From Gemmatimonadota bacterium (lineage in GTDB: Bacteria > Gemmatimonadota > Gemmatimonadetes > Gemmatimonadales > Gemmatimonadaceae), in assembly GCA_040389905.1 (NCBI GenBank), contig JAZJZK010000007.1, forward strand, positions 265,105 to 329,104: DNA of 64,000 nt. Reading direction: 5' to 3'. Shown one piece after another: positions 45,644-54,925 of the stretch (position 1 is its first letter; each line of letters opens with the position of its first letter). The notes under the pieces are model-generated. The model saw only the letters and a program-made list of their open reading frames with translations, was not told the origin of the DNA and searched no databases. The position numbers and the translations under genes are program-made.

Positions 45644-46816
45644 AATGGCCGGCAGTAATTCATCAAAGAAGATCTGCACTCCGGACCACGACGACGACCC
45701 AAGAGCGGCGGTGAAGACGACAATCAAATCGAGCCTGGGGTCGATGAAGAGCCACTGACCGCCTGATCCGGATGCCGCGATGATGTAGTCGTCACCGCTT
45801 GCGCTTCCGGGCTGGTTGTTGCGCGGGAAGAGCCACCAGTACATGCCGTAGTCCGTATTTCTCGGGAAGTACCGTTCCGTTGATGTCGTGACGCGACGCG
45901 TCGAACTGTCGATCCACGCGCGCGGCACAATTTGCTTCCCCGCCCACGATCCACGCCGCAGCACCAGATAACCGATCCGCGCGAGATCCGACGTCCGCAG
46001 GTCAAGCCCGCCTCCCAAGTGCGGGAGACCATTCGGGTTCCCCTTGTACCAGCTCCAATTCGAGATCCCAAGCGGCGTGAAAAGCTTCTGCCGTGCATAT
46101 TCGTCGGCAGGCATGCCGGTCGCGGCGAACAGAATGCCGCCGACGACAATCGGTGCACCACTGTTGTACTGCCACGTCGTGCCGGGCGTGCCCGTCATCG
46201 GCCGATCGAGAATCAAGTGCAGCCAGTCGCAGCCCCTGCAATCATTCAATTGCTGAAGTGGAGACCCGGGGTATGGGTTCTCATAGAATGACATGCTCGT
46301 GCGCATCGTCAACAAATGCCGGAGCGAAAGCGCGCGCTTTTCCGCGTCAACGTTCGCGAGGTCGCTGTATTCCGGAAAGAAGCTGAGCACCGGAGCGTCG
46401 AGGCTCGAGAGGTGACCTTCGTCGAACGCGATGCCCGTGAGCAGCGACGTCACGCTCTTCGTCACCGACTGCATCGTGTGCGTGCTACCGGCCGTCACGC
46501 CGTAGTACTGCTCGGCGACCACCTACCCGTGGCGCGCCACGAAAAAACTGTGCATGCCGGAGAAGTCGCCCTTGCCGAGCCGGCCAGTGATCGAGCGGAG
46601 AACATCTTCGTCGATACCGACGCGCACCGGAGATGTCGTACGCCACGCAGCGGCTGGCCAATACGCGAGGCCCGAATCGATGACGGACACCGTATCGGGC
46701 ACGCCGGTGAGTGTCGCGGTGGCGTTCGTTTGGCCTCCGCATGCACAGGCGAAAAGAACCGCCACCGCCGCGACGGACAGTGCGACGCCCCTGGATGTCT
46801 CAGTCGGCGAATTCAC
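45638..46816 (-). pseudogene. Serine hydrolase (beta-lactamase family) lipoprotein interrupted by one in-frame TAG
   Basis: ORFs 46523..46816 and 45638..46522 share one frame, reading ...SFFVARHG[TAG 46523-46525]VVAEQYYG...MQSVTKSVTS (SxxK). The N-terminus has lipobox LFACAC. Confidence 0.7.
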
Positions 46817-47058
46817 CGATGAGGCTCCATCGCCAAATGATGCGGCGTGGAAGGGCGCGGCAAAAGCTGTGGCTTAATTACCCCAGCTTCTGACATAGCT
46901 CCTGCGCACGAGCGAAAAGCGCGAAGATCTGAAGGGAATGAAAAGCATGATGTAACGCGATGAAATTTAAGGAGTTACAAGCTGTCTGCGCGGCTAATTC
47001 TGCCGTGGGCATGGACTTGCATTCGGTCGCGTTCGGTAACCACCCAAAACCCGCGACG

Positions 47059-47637
47059 ATGCGAATCAACTCATTCTTCACCGTTGCAGCAATCGCTGCA
47101 CTTTTCGCCACGCCTGCTCGCGCGCAGTACTCGACGCCCATGGCTGGTAGTAACGACTATCAATTCCAGTGCTACAACTCGGCAGAATTGGACCAATTCT
47201 CCCCCTTTTATTGCAACAGCAACAATAACGCAATCTGGCACGTTGGGGATTACTGGCAAAAAACCGTATTCACCGGTCTCCCGAGCACTGCCTCCATCTC
47301 GTGGAGTTTCGAGATGCTTAATTGGCAGTCACTCAACTTCGACGTCTTTGTCAATGGCACGGACGTTGGCGATTGGCGGCTGTCTGGCGACCCCGCTATC
47401 GGGTCAGTCGCACTCAATACCACGATTGGTAGCGCTTTCACCATTCGATGGCAGCTCAAGGAAGGGTTGTGTGAAGGTTGCGGTGCCTTGGAGTTGGAGA
47501 ACTACTCGCAATCCACCCTGTGGGCTGACGGACCCGTTGTCGATTCGACTCCTGAACCTGCTTCGGTCATGCTTCTCGGAACGGGACTCGTAGGTGTCGC
47601 GACCCTCACGCGCAGGCGGAAGCGCAGCGCGAGGTAG
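47059..47637 (+). CDS. PEP-CTERM domain protein
   Basis: Signal peptide MRINSFFTVAAIAALFATPARAQ. C-terminus TPEPASVMLLGTGLVGVATLTRRRKRSAR. The gene and its upstream region are visibly lower in G+C than the flanks. Confidence 0.8.
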   Translation: MRINSFFTVAAIAALFATPARAQYSTPMAGSNDYQFQCYNSAELDQFSPFYCNSNNNAIWHVGDYWQKTVFTGLPSTASISWSFEMLNWQSLNFDVFVNGTDVGDWRLSGDPAIGSVALNTTIGSAFTIRWQLKEGLCEGCGALELENYSQSTLWADGPVVDSTPEPASVMLLGTGLVGVATLTRRRKRSAR

Positions 47638-47786
47638 TCGTCCGCAAGGTTCGATGAACGTGAGCACGAGGTACTCTCCGCTGGGGCAGAGTACCTCGTT
47701 TTGCGTTCCGGCGATGGACTGGCGCCTGAGCCTTCTGCCGATGCAGCTTTGGAGGAGAATTCCACCTACCCCGAGGCCGCATCGCA

Positions 47787-49370
47787 ATGTCCTCCGACGA
47801 TTCTTCCAACGTGTCCCGTCGAGCCTTCGTCAAGGGCTCCGCTACTACCGCCGCCGCCTTCGCGCTCGGACCCATGATCGTTCCCCGTCATGTACTCGGC
47901 GGTGTCGGCTACCAAGCGCCAAGCGATACCCTCAACGTCGCCATGGTCGGCATTGGCGGAATGGGGATGTCGAACTACGCGTCGCTCGTAGCGGCCGGCG
48001 TCAACGTCGTCGCGATTTGCGACGCAGACTTTCCGTATGTCGAGCGTTCCCTCGCTGGCCGCATGCGTCCGGCCACCGGCCAGACCGCTCCGAGTGAAGC
48101 GGCACAGAAGCTCCAGGCTTCCTACACGAACGCGAAGAAGTACACCGACTTTCGCGTGATGCTCGAGCAGCAGAAGGACATCGAGGCCGTATCCATTGCC
48201 ACGCCCGATCACCTGCACGCGATCATTGCGTACGCCGCGATGAAGGCGGGGAAGCACGTGTACGTCCAGAAGCCGCTCACGTATTCCGTGCAGGAAGCGC
48301 GCATCCTCGCGAAGACGGCGCGGGACATGAAAGTCGTCACGCAGATGGGCAACCAGGGACACTCGGGCGACGGAACGCGCCGTATCATGGAGCTCATCGG
48401 CGCCGGCGTCATCGGACCGATCAAGGATGTGCACATCTGGACGGATCGTCCGCTGCGGTACTGGGCGCAGGGCATTCCGCGCCCAACCGCACCCAACGCC
48501 GCGCCAGCAGCCACACCGCCGGCACCCGCTCCGGGCGCACCCGTCGTGCCGCCGAGGTGGGACATGCGGACCGTTGATCGCGCGGTCCTCAAGGCCATGG
48601 CGGAGAATCCGCAGACGATTCCCGCGGGGCTGGAATGGGATCTCTTCCTCGGACCCGCGAAAAACCTCCCGTATCATCCGTCCTATCATCCCTTCAGCTG
48701 GCGCGGGTGGGTGGACTTTGGCGTGAGCGCGATCGGCGACATGGGTGCGCACCTCGTCGACCAACCGTTCTGGGCGCTGGGCCTCGAGTATCCGACGAGC
48801 ATCATTTCGTCGTCCACGCCATGGGGCGGAGGCGCGAAGGATCCAGGCACATATCCGCTCGCCATGACGACGCGCTACGAATTCGCCGCGCGGGGCTCGG
48901 CGCCTCCGGTTGCGCTGCACTGGTATGACGGCGGTCTGATGCCGATGCTCGATGCGGAGTTCGAGCTGCCCGGTGGCGACGGCGGCGGCGGTGTATTCGT
49001 CGGGGAGAAGGGATTCCTCACCTACGAGACTTACGGAAACAACCCCAAGGTGTTCGGTCCCGGCGCCGCGGAACGCGCGGCCCAGGTTCCGACGTCATTT
49101 GCGCGCGTCAAGACGTCGCACGAAGCGAATTGGGCCGAGGCCTGTAAGGGGAAGGGTACCGCAAGCTCGCCGTTCGACTATGCCGCCAAACTCACCGAGA
49201 CGATGCTCCTCGGCATCGTCGCGTTGCGCGCCGGCCAGTCAAAGAAGATCCTGTACGACGGTGCGCAGATGCGCGTCACGAACATCGCGGATGCCAACCA
49301 GTGGTTGACGCGCGAGTATCGTGCGGGCTGGCAGCCGTGGAGTTCAGCGGAGGCGTCTGCGGCGATCTGA
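47787..49370 (+). CDS. Gfo/Idh/MocA family oxidoreductase with twin-arginine signal
   Basis: TAT motif [18 protein letters not shown]; Rossmann [10 protein letters not shown]; family-typical EKPL-like motif (VYVQKPLT). Confidence 0.88.
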   Translation: MSSDDSSNVSRRAFVKGSATTAAAFALGPMIVPRHVLGGVGYQAPSDTLNVAMVGIGGMGMSNYASLVAAGVNVVAICDADFPYVERSLAGRMRPATGQTAPSEAAQKLQASYTNAKKYTDFRVMLEQQKDIEAVSIATPDHLHAIIAYAAMKAGKHVYVQKPLTYSVQEARILAKTARDMKVVTQMGNQGHSGDGTRRIMELIGAGVIGPIKDVHIWTDRPLRYWAQGIPRPTAPNAAPAATPPAPAPGAPVVPPRWDMRTVDRAVLKAMAENPQTIPAGLEWDLFLGPAKNLPYHPSYHPFSWRGWVDFGVSAIGDMGAHLVDQPFWALGLEYPTSIISSSTPWGGGAKDPGTYPLAMTTRYEFAARGSAPPVALHWYDGGLMPMLDAEFELPGGDGGGGVFVGEKGFLTYETYGNNPKVFGPGAAERAAQVPTSFARVKTSHEANWAEACKGKGTASSPFDYAAKLTETMLLGIVALRAGQSKKILYDGAQMRVTNIADANQWLTREYRAGWQPWSSAEASAAI

Positions 49371-49372
49371 TC

Positions 49373-49461
49373 GTTTTGTCGCCCTGAACGAAGCGAAGGG
49401 CCCGCACCTCACGCGTTCAACAGCAGGTACGGGCCCTTCGTTGCACTCAGGGCGACAAAAC
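49373..49461. repeat. Inverted pair of family-A repeats (perfect-looking hairpin)
   Basis: GTTTTGTCGCCCTGAACGAAGCGAAGGGCCCGCACCT (49373-) and AGGTACGGGCCCTTCGTTGCACTCAGGGCGACAAAAC (-49461), directly after the oxidoreductase stop codon. Confidence 0.88.
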
Positions 49462-49631
49462 GAGCGTAACCGCGCAAGAGGCTCCAGTGCATGTGCGCTG
49501 GGGTCTTCTGTTTTCCCCCATGCGTTGGAATGAGCCTGCCTGCAAGGAAACGGTGACGCGTTTCGAGCCGCACTCTGCGATGATCCCTGCGCTCGCACAC
49601 ACGCACACTCTCACCCACGCAGAGGACACCC

Positions 49632-49934
49632 ATGCCGGACGACAGACTCGATCAGATCATCGACGCACTCGATCGCAAGCACCAGCGCGCCACGTACGGA
49701 GCCGTGGCATCGTTGCTGGGCAAAGCGCCGCGCACACTCATGAGCGGACGTGACCGCGACATGCGGCACTCATGGGTGGTCAACCGCAAGAACGGCCAAC
49801 CCACGGGCTACGAACCCGAACTCATGCATCCCGACCTCCTCGGCAGCGAGCGCATCATCGAGACGCGCGACGAGCTCGAGAAGTGGCTCGCCGTCCATGC
49901 GGCGAGCGTACTGCAGGCACAACGGGCAGCGTAG
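49632..49934 (+). CDS. Hypothetical protein (weak resemblance to the MGMT/Atl-type DNA-binding domain)
   Basis: ATYGAVASLLGKAPR....HSWVVNRKNGQPTGY loosely resembles the MGMT C-terminal domain without the PCHR cysteine. Weak. Confidence 0.5.
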   Translation: MPDDRLDQIIDALDRKHQRATYGAVASLLGKAPRTLMSGRDRDMRHSWVVNRKNGQPTGYEPELMHPDLLGSERIIETRDELEKWLAVHAASVLQAQRAA

Positions 49935-49944
49935 TTCCGGCCGG

Positions 49945-52203
49945 TCAGCGCGCGTCGACGTAAAGGTCGACGCGCCAATCGGCGGAGCCGCGCAGTTTAC
50001 GCGAAGCATCGGCGCGAAAGAGTCCGTCGAGCAGGGCCACACCTATTCCCGCAGATGAGAGCCGCTGTGTGGCCCTCGTTATATCTGCGCGCGGACCTGC
50101 CCATCCCACATCGGCGAACACCCGAGGGCGAATCAACGGATTGCCCTTCGCCAATTCGGCGCGTCCCATCCAGAAGGCATCACCTCGCGCATCGCCTGCG
50201 ACATACGCGTGCACAGTGTGCGGCCCGCCGAGATACCAGAGGCGCTGCGCGGGCACCGTTCCAAGCGAGGAGCCAGCGCCACCGGACACGGTCGCTTCGA
50301 GGTCACCGCCCAATCCGTGTCCGATCGTCAGTTCCGTCGTGCCGCGACCATACGTGCTTTCTCCGAGCGCCGCTTCCGCGCGCACGCCGCCCGTGACCCG
50401 AAGGCCGCGAGGGTCGACGCCTGACGTGAATCCGATTCCGCCCGCACTGCCCGCGTATATGCCTTCGCGGGCCGTGATGTTCGCGGTGAACTGGCTGCCA
50501 TTGACCGCATTGGCGATGGATCGATCGGTTCCGACCTTGGCGGTCGATTGCTGCTCGGCGAAGATTCGCCAGGTGTATGCCGGCGCATCGGGCGCGCTCC
50601 GAAACGTGCCCCGCGCTTCGGCGCCCAGACTGCGATAGTAGAAGCCATCGTCGCGCCCGAACAATGCGGCGCTGACAGACGCGCCGAGGCCCAACGGACT
50701 TCCCCAATCGTTCGCCGCGTCGAGACGACGGTACGCGGCGGCGCGAATTTCGGCACGTCCACTCGCGCGCTGGAGAAAGAGCTCCGCATTCGGCTGACGG
50801 TCTGCGAGCCCTACGTGAGCGATGAGACCTGCGTCGTAACCGTTCCCAAGCACCTGTTCAATTGCGACGCCGCCGGACAGCCCTTCGATGCGATTGTACC
50901 GCCACAAACCGCGGTCGATTCCGACGCTCAAGGTCCGCGGCTGCGGATGCCACGCCGCTTGATTCGAGAGCGCAAAGGCAGTTTGCACTTCCTTGCGAAT
51001 TGCCGAGAGGTCCGATTCGGTGAACAATTCCTCGCTGGGCGAATAGATCGACGGCGGAAGCAACGGCGACGTCGCCATTGCCTCGACGTCGCACGGAAGG
51101 AGCACGCTCGTGCGCATTCCTTCAACCGTCATGATCGTGAGGCGCTTGTCGACCATCAGGGACTCCGGGCTCCATGCCGCGCTCGTCGAATCACCTGTCG
51201 GGCGACAACGCTGCGTGCGCTGCTCGACCCCGCGCCACTTGGGCCGGCGAATTCGGCCATCGCGCGGGTCGATGGAGGGCGGCTCCTGTGCGACGAGAAC
51301 CGGAGCGCCGGGAGCGATTGCGCTTACGCTCTCGTACGTGAATGTCTGTTCGATCGACATCGTAATTCGGCCACCCTTCGCCGTTCCTTCCCCTTCGGCG
51401 ATGCGAATGCGCGGAAGCCAGAAGCGCCCCGCGTACAATCCATGCTCGACGATGATCTCACGAATGGTGCCGGTGAATGGCCCGAACGTCTTTACCTTGT
51501 CGCGATCGTTGCGTCCGATCTCGCGTTCCATGAACGGCCACAAGTCCACCGGTGTGGACGGCCTGTATGCCGCACGAACGAGACTCCCACTTTCCGAATC
51601 GACCCAGAGCGAGCCGACGATCAGGTGCGACGCGGGCCGGCGTGGATGCACGCGAAGCTCGCGCACCCGAATGGTCTTGCCGTCGGGGAAACGCAGGTTC
51701 AGCGAGTCGCCAACCTCGAAGAGGTAGAGGCTGTCTGCACCCGCAGCGAGCGGGTGGGTAATCCAATCCTTCGCCATCGGTAGCGCGTCGCTGAGCTCCG
51801 CCGTGGGCCACAGACGGTCGCGTCCCGGTGCGTACGGGAACACCAGGCCCACATCCTCATCGACAGACTCAGGCTTCACCATGCCGTCCATCGGGACGAC
51901 GGCGCGCGCGGCGATCAGCTCCGCCCATGCACCGTGTTGCTTGTTCCATCCGACACGCGCAACGGACTCGAACCGCGCGGCGAGCCGATCACGGGCGATC
52001 GCCCCAAGCATGAAGCCGCGTGCGACGCCCAGTCCCGACGACATCCGCTGGCGCACCGTCGCGCGATAGTCGCCGAGTAGCGAGTCCTGCTGAAAGCGCG
52101 CGGAGCGCGCACGCGCGAGCAACGTTTCAGCGGAGAGTTGCGGCAGCGCCGAATTGGCCGCGCTGAGCTGGAGGGCGACGAGCGCGCTGACCAGAAGTGG
52201 CAA
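49945..52203 (-). CDS. Omp85/surface-antigen-like outer-membrane protein
   Basis: Signal-like N-terminus, C-terminal beta-barrel-like region, and terminal ...GIGVALLDGLFRADASRKL..WRVDLYVDAR. Confidence 0.65.
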   Translation of the reverse strand: MPLLVSALVALQLSAANSALPQLSAETLLARARSARFQQDSLLGDYRATVRQRMSSGLGVARGFMLGAIARDRLAARFESVARVGWNKQHGAWAELIAARAVVPMDGMVKPESVDEDVGLVFPYAPGRDRLWPTAELSDALPMAKDWITHPLAAGADSLYLFEVGDSLNLRFPDGKTIRVRELRVHPRRPASHLIVGSLWVDSESGSLVRAAYRPSTPVDLWPFMEREIGRNDRDKVKTFGPFTGTIREIIVEHGLYAGRFWLPRIRIAEGEGTAKGGRITMSIEQTFTYESVSAIAPGAPVLVAQEPPSIDPRDGRIRRPKWRGVEQRTQRCRPTGDSTSAAWSPESLMVDKRLTIMTVEGMRTSVLLPCDVEAMATSPLLPPSIYSPSEELFTESDLSAIRKEVQTAFALSNQAAWHPQPRTLSVGIDRGLWRYNRIEGLSGGVAIEQVLGNGYDAGLIAHVGLADRQPNAELFLQRASGRAEIRAAAYRRLDAANDWGSPLGLGASVSAALFGRDDGFYYRSLGAEARGTFRSAPDAPAYTWRIFAEQQSTAKVGTDRSIANAVNGSQFTANITAREGIYAGSAGGIGFTSGVDPRGLRVTGGVRAEAALGESTYGRGTTELTIGHGLGGDLEATVSGGAGSSLGTVPAQRLWYLGGPHTVHAYVAGDARGDAFWMGRAELAKGNPLIRPRVFADVGWAGPRADITRATQRLSSAGIGVALLDGLFRADASRKLRGSADWRVDLYVDAR

Positions 52204-52275
52204 TGGAGGACTCGCGGTTGTTTGCGGGACCTACGCGGGCGCGACAGTGTCGGTTTCGGCGCCTGGGACGAGCCG

Positions 52276-52893
52276 TCAGTGGGTGGTGTCGATGCGTGCC
52301 ATTTCCCACTCGCCGTTCCGTTTGATCAGCAACGCTTCACGGCGCAGTGTGTCGCGCTGCGCGCCGATTGCGTAGCCATCCGCGCCCACGCGTACGGTGA
52401 AGACGTAGTCCGCGCGCGCCGAGTCTCGACCGACGATTGTCGGATTTTCGGTCAGGACAATTTCGCGCAAGCCGGCCGAAACTTCCCAGCCACGGCGGTA
52501 CAGCCCATTGGGAAGGGTGTCACCGCGGACCGGGCGCCAGCGTGCTGCGGCACGTGCAGAGGTATCGCGAAGCGATGCGACACACCAGCCGGGATCCGTC
52601 ACGACGCCGGCGGCGGTATCACGGAGCGTGACGTACTCAGCGAGTACAAGGGACCGCCAGCGTCCGACCGCGTCTCGGACGACCGCGTGGTCCGCATCAG
52701 AATTGATTTTGGCGAGCACCTCGGCGCAGGAGAACCAGGGAGGCCCGTCTGCCCAGATGCGCACAATCACCGGTGACCCATCGAGGCCAGGACTCGCGCG
52801 GCGGAGCGCGACGAGCGCCTCCTCACGACTCGGCGCCCACCCGCACGCCGTCGCCATCAGAATTGTGATCAGTGTGAGTCGGAGGCGTCGCAT
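52276..52893 (-). CDS. Hypothetical lipoprotein
   Basis: Start MRRLRLTLITILMATACGW (lipobox LMATAC). The ORF extension to 52986 is translated repeat DNA. Confidence 0.6.
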   Translation of the reverse strand: MRRLRLTLITILMATACGWAPSREEALVALRRASPGLDGSPVIVRIWADGPPWFSCAEVLAKINSDADHAVVRDAVGRWRSLVLAEYVTLRDTAAGVVTDPGWCVASLRDTSARAAARWRPVRGDTLPNGLYRRGWEVSAGLREIVLTENPTIVGRDSARADYVFTVRVGADGYAIGAQRDTLRREALLIKRNGEWEMARIDTTH

Positions 52894-52943
52894 CGCCACT
52901 CGACAGTGCGAGGAGCGGACCACGTGGCGCAACGAGCAGAACT

Positions 52944-53012
52944 GCAGGTGCGGGCCCTTCGCGGAGTCTACCCTCGAGGAGCGCAAGGGACGAAGGGCTC
53001 AGGGCGACAAAA
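52944..53012. repeat. Family-A repeat copy (reverse orientation, with internal insertion)
   Basis: CAGGTGCGGGCCCTTCGC....GGGCTCAGGGCGACAAAACGAG. Confidence 0.7.
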
Positions 53013-53078
53013 CGAGCGGATCAGCATAACCCAGCCGATACCCGTCGCTATTTCGGTATTTGTTCGGTATCATTCCGT

Positions 53079-54146
53079 ATGCGCGCGAGAGATGCGGATC
53101 AGACGACCTTGTTCGACGAGGCAACGCCGCCGCGCGCTCCACTTCCAGTGGTTGGCGAACAGAAAGACATCCGGTATTTCGCGGCGACGGCGCGGAGCGT
53201 CCTCAACACGCCTGCTGCGACGGGCATGGAATTCTGGTCAATCAATCCGTACGTCGGATGCGCTTTCGGTTGCCAGTATTGCTACGCTCGATATGCGCAC
53301 CGCTATGTCGCGGAGCGCCTCAACTCCGAGTCGCACGACGCGAAAGCCGACGTGCTGCCTACCGACGAGCTGCCACCGTGGCTGGCGTTCGAGCGTCGCA
53401 TACTCGTGAAGCGAGAAGCACCGCAGATTCTCGAGCGAGCGCTGCTGCGTCCCGCCGTGTATGACGCGCTCCACCGCGAGACAGTCGTGATCGGGACAGC
53501 AACAGACCCGTATCAGCCCGCCGAGCGGCACTTCCGTGTGACGCGCGGCGTGCTCGAGGTGCTTGCGGAGCACCGCGATCTCTCCATTACGATCATCACG
53601 AAGAGCCCTCTTGTGACGCGGGACATCGACGTCCTTTCGCGCATTCGCGATCGATCGAGACTGTCGGTCCACGTTTCGTTGATCACGGTGGACCGCGAGC
53701 TGGCGCGCCGAATCGAGCCGCGCGCGCCCACACCCGACGCGCGACTACGCGCCATCGCGCGGTTGCGCGCAAATGATATCCATGTCGGCGTGAACTGCAT
53801 GCCTGTTTTGCCCGGAATCACCGATTCGCCGGAACAGATCGAGGAGTTGGTGATGCGCATCGCCGAGACGAAGGCGACGCACATCGGTGCGTGCGCATTG
53901 CGGCTTCAGAGTACGGCGCGCGACAAGTATCTGCCGTTCATCGCCGACGAGTTTCCTGAGCTGTCGGAAAAGTACCGACGCGCCTATGCGCGGAGTCATC
54001 AGGTGGGCCAGCGGTATCGCGACGGCTTACGTGCGCGATTCGTGGCGCTGTGCGGTAAATACGGCCTGTCGTTCGGATGGCGAAACACGGGTGAGCCCGA
54101 GGACGCCGAGGCGGTTCGGGCAGAGGACCAGTTCTCGTTGCTGTGA
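53079..54146 (+). CDS. Radical SAM protein (SplB/Rv2578c-like family)
   Basis: CxxxCxxC cluster motif in INPYVGCAFGCQYCYARY; overall length and layout match SPL-like radical SAM proteins. Confidence 0.85.
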   Translation: MRARDADQTTLFDEATPPRAPLPVVGEQKDIRYFAATARSVLNTPAATGMEFWSINPYVGCAFGCQYCYARYAHRYVAERLNSESHDAKADVLPTDELPPWLAFERRILVKREAPQILERALLRPAVYDALHRETVVIGTATDPYQPAERHFRVTRGVLEVLAEHRDLSITIITKSPLVTRDIDVLSRIRDRSRLSVHVSLITVDRELARRIEPRAPTPDARLRAIARLRANDIHVGVNCMPVLPGITDSPEQIEELVMRIAETKATHIGACALRLQSTARDKYLPFIADEFPELSEKYRRAYARSHQVGQRYRDGLRARFVALCGKYGLSFGWRNTGEPEDAEAVRAEDQFSLL

Positions 54147-54851
54147 GTGACGTTTAGTTTCTTCGCCATGGAAGATCCGCGAGAAGCTGTTCGAGTGTTC
54201 ATCTACTCGCACGTCGCGTCGGAGGGAACTCCACCGTCGGCAGAACGCATTGCCGCGGAGTTCAGCATGTCGCGCGAGGCAGCGCTGGATGTGCTGCGCG
54301 TGTTGAGCGCGGAGCGGAAGATCATCACAGCACGCTCGACCGGCGAGATCTGGATGTGCGGACCATTTTCCGGCGTTCCAACACGATTTCGCGTGCACGG
54401 AGAATACGCGAGCTGGCATGCGAACTGTGCCTGGGACATGCTCGGCATTCCCGCATCGCTTGGTGTCGGGGCGCGGATAGAAACGAGCTGTGCGTGTTGC
54501 GATGAGCCAGCGTCCATTCGAGTGAATGCCGATGTTGGCCCGGTGCGCGGTCAGGGTATCGTGCACATCATGCTCCCGGCCGCGTCGTGGTACACGGACA
54601 TCGGCTTCACGTGAAGCACCATGCTCTTCTTCCGGTCGGAGGAACACCTGCAGCGATGGTTGATCACGCGCAACGCGGAACGCGGTGCGGTGCTGACGCT
54701 TGCCGAAACATGGCGGCTGGCCAAGGCGTGGTATCCGGATCGGCGGCTCCCTGAATGGAGGCCACGGACCATCGACGCGTCGCAGCGAATTCTCGATGAC
54801 ATCGCGCTGCCTCCCGGCCCCGAGTTCTGGACGTTGAAGCCAGCGGGCTGA
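54147..54851 (+). CDS. MerB-like (alkylmercury-lyase family) protein containing an in-frame TGA at 54612-54614 (selenocysteine candidate, otherwise a pseudogene)
   Basis: ORFs 54147..54614 and 54621..54851 share one frame. HANCAWDMLGIPASLG resembles MerB YAWCALDTLIFPALIG. GFT[TGA]STMLFFRSEEHLQRW resembles MerB SFCCHVHFFASVPTAEDW. Start is either GTG 54147 or ATG 54168. Confidence 0.6.
54618..54660 (+). promoter_or_regulatory. SECIS-like stem-loop 3 nt downstream of the in-frame UGA
   Basis: Lower helix 54618-54625 / 54652-54660 (8 bp, one bulged G). Upper helix 54627-54633 / 54638-54644 (7 bp, one G-U). Apical tetraloop GGUC at 54634-54637. Confidence 0.5.
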
Positions 54852-54925
54852 TAACCCAACCGTTGTCGGGACCGCTGTGTCTAGAGGACAACACGTCAGC
54901 GTCGAGTCCTCCAGCCCAACGAACC

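Noticed and set aside
49632-49934. Assignment as MGMT/Atl1 alkyltransferase-like protein
   Set aside because: There is only a loose resemblance (ATYG..A..LG......H.WVV..G). The PCHR/PWHR core is not present. Kept as a hypothetical protein.
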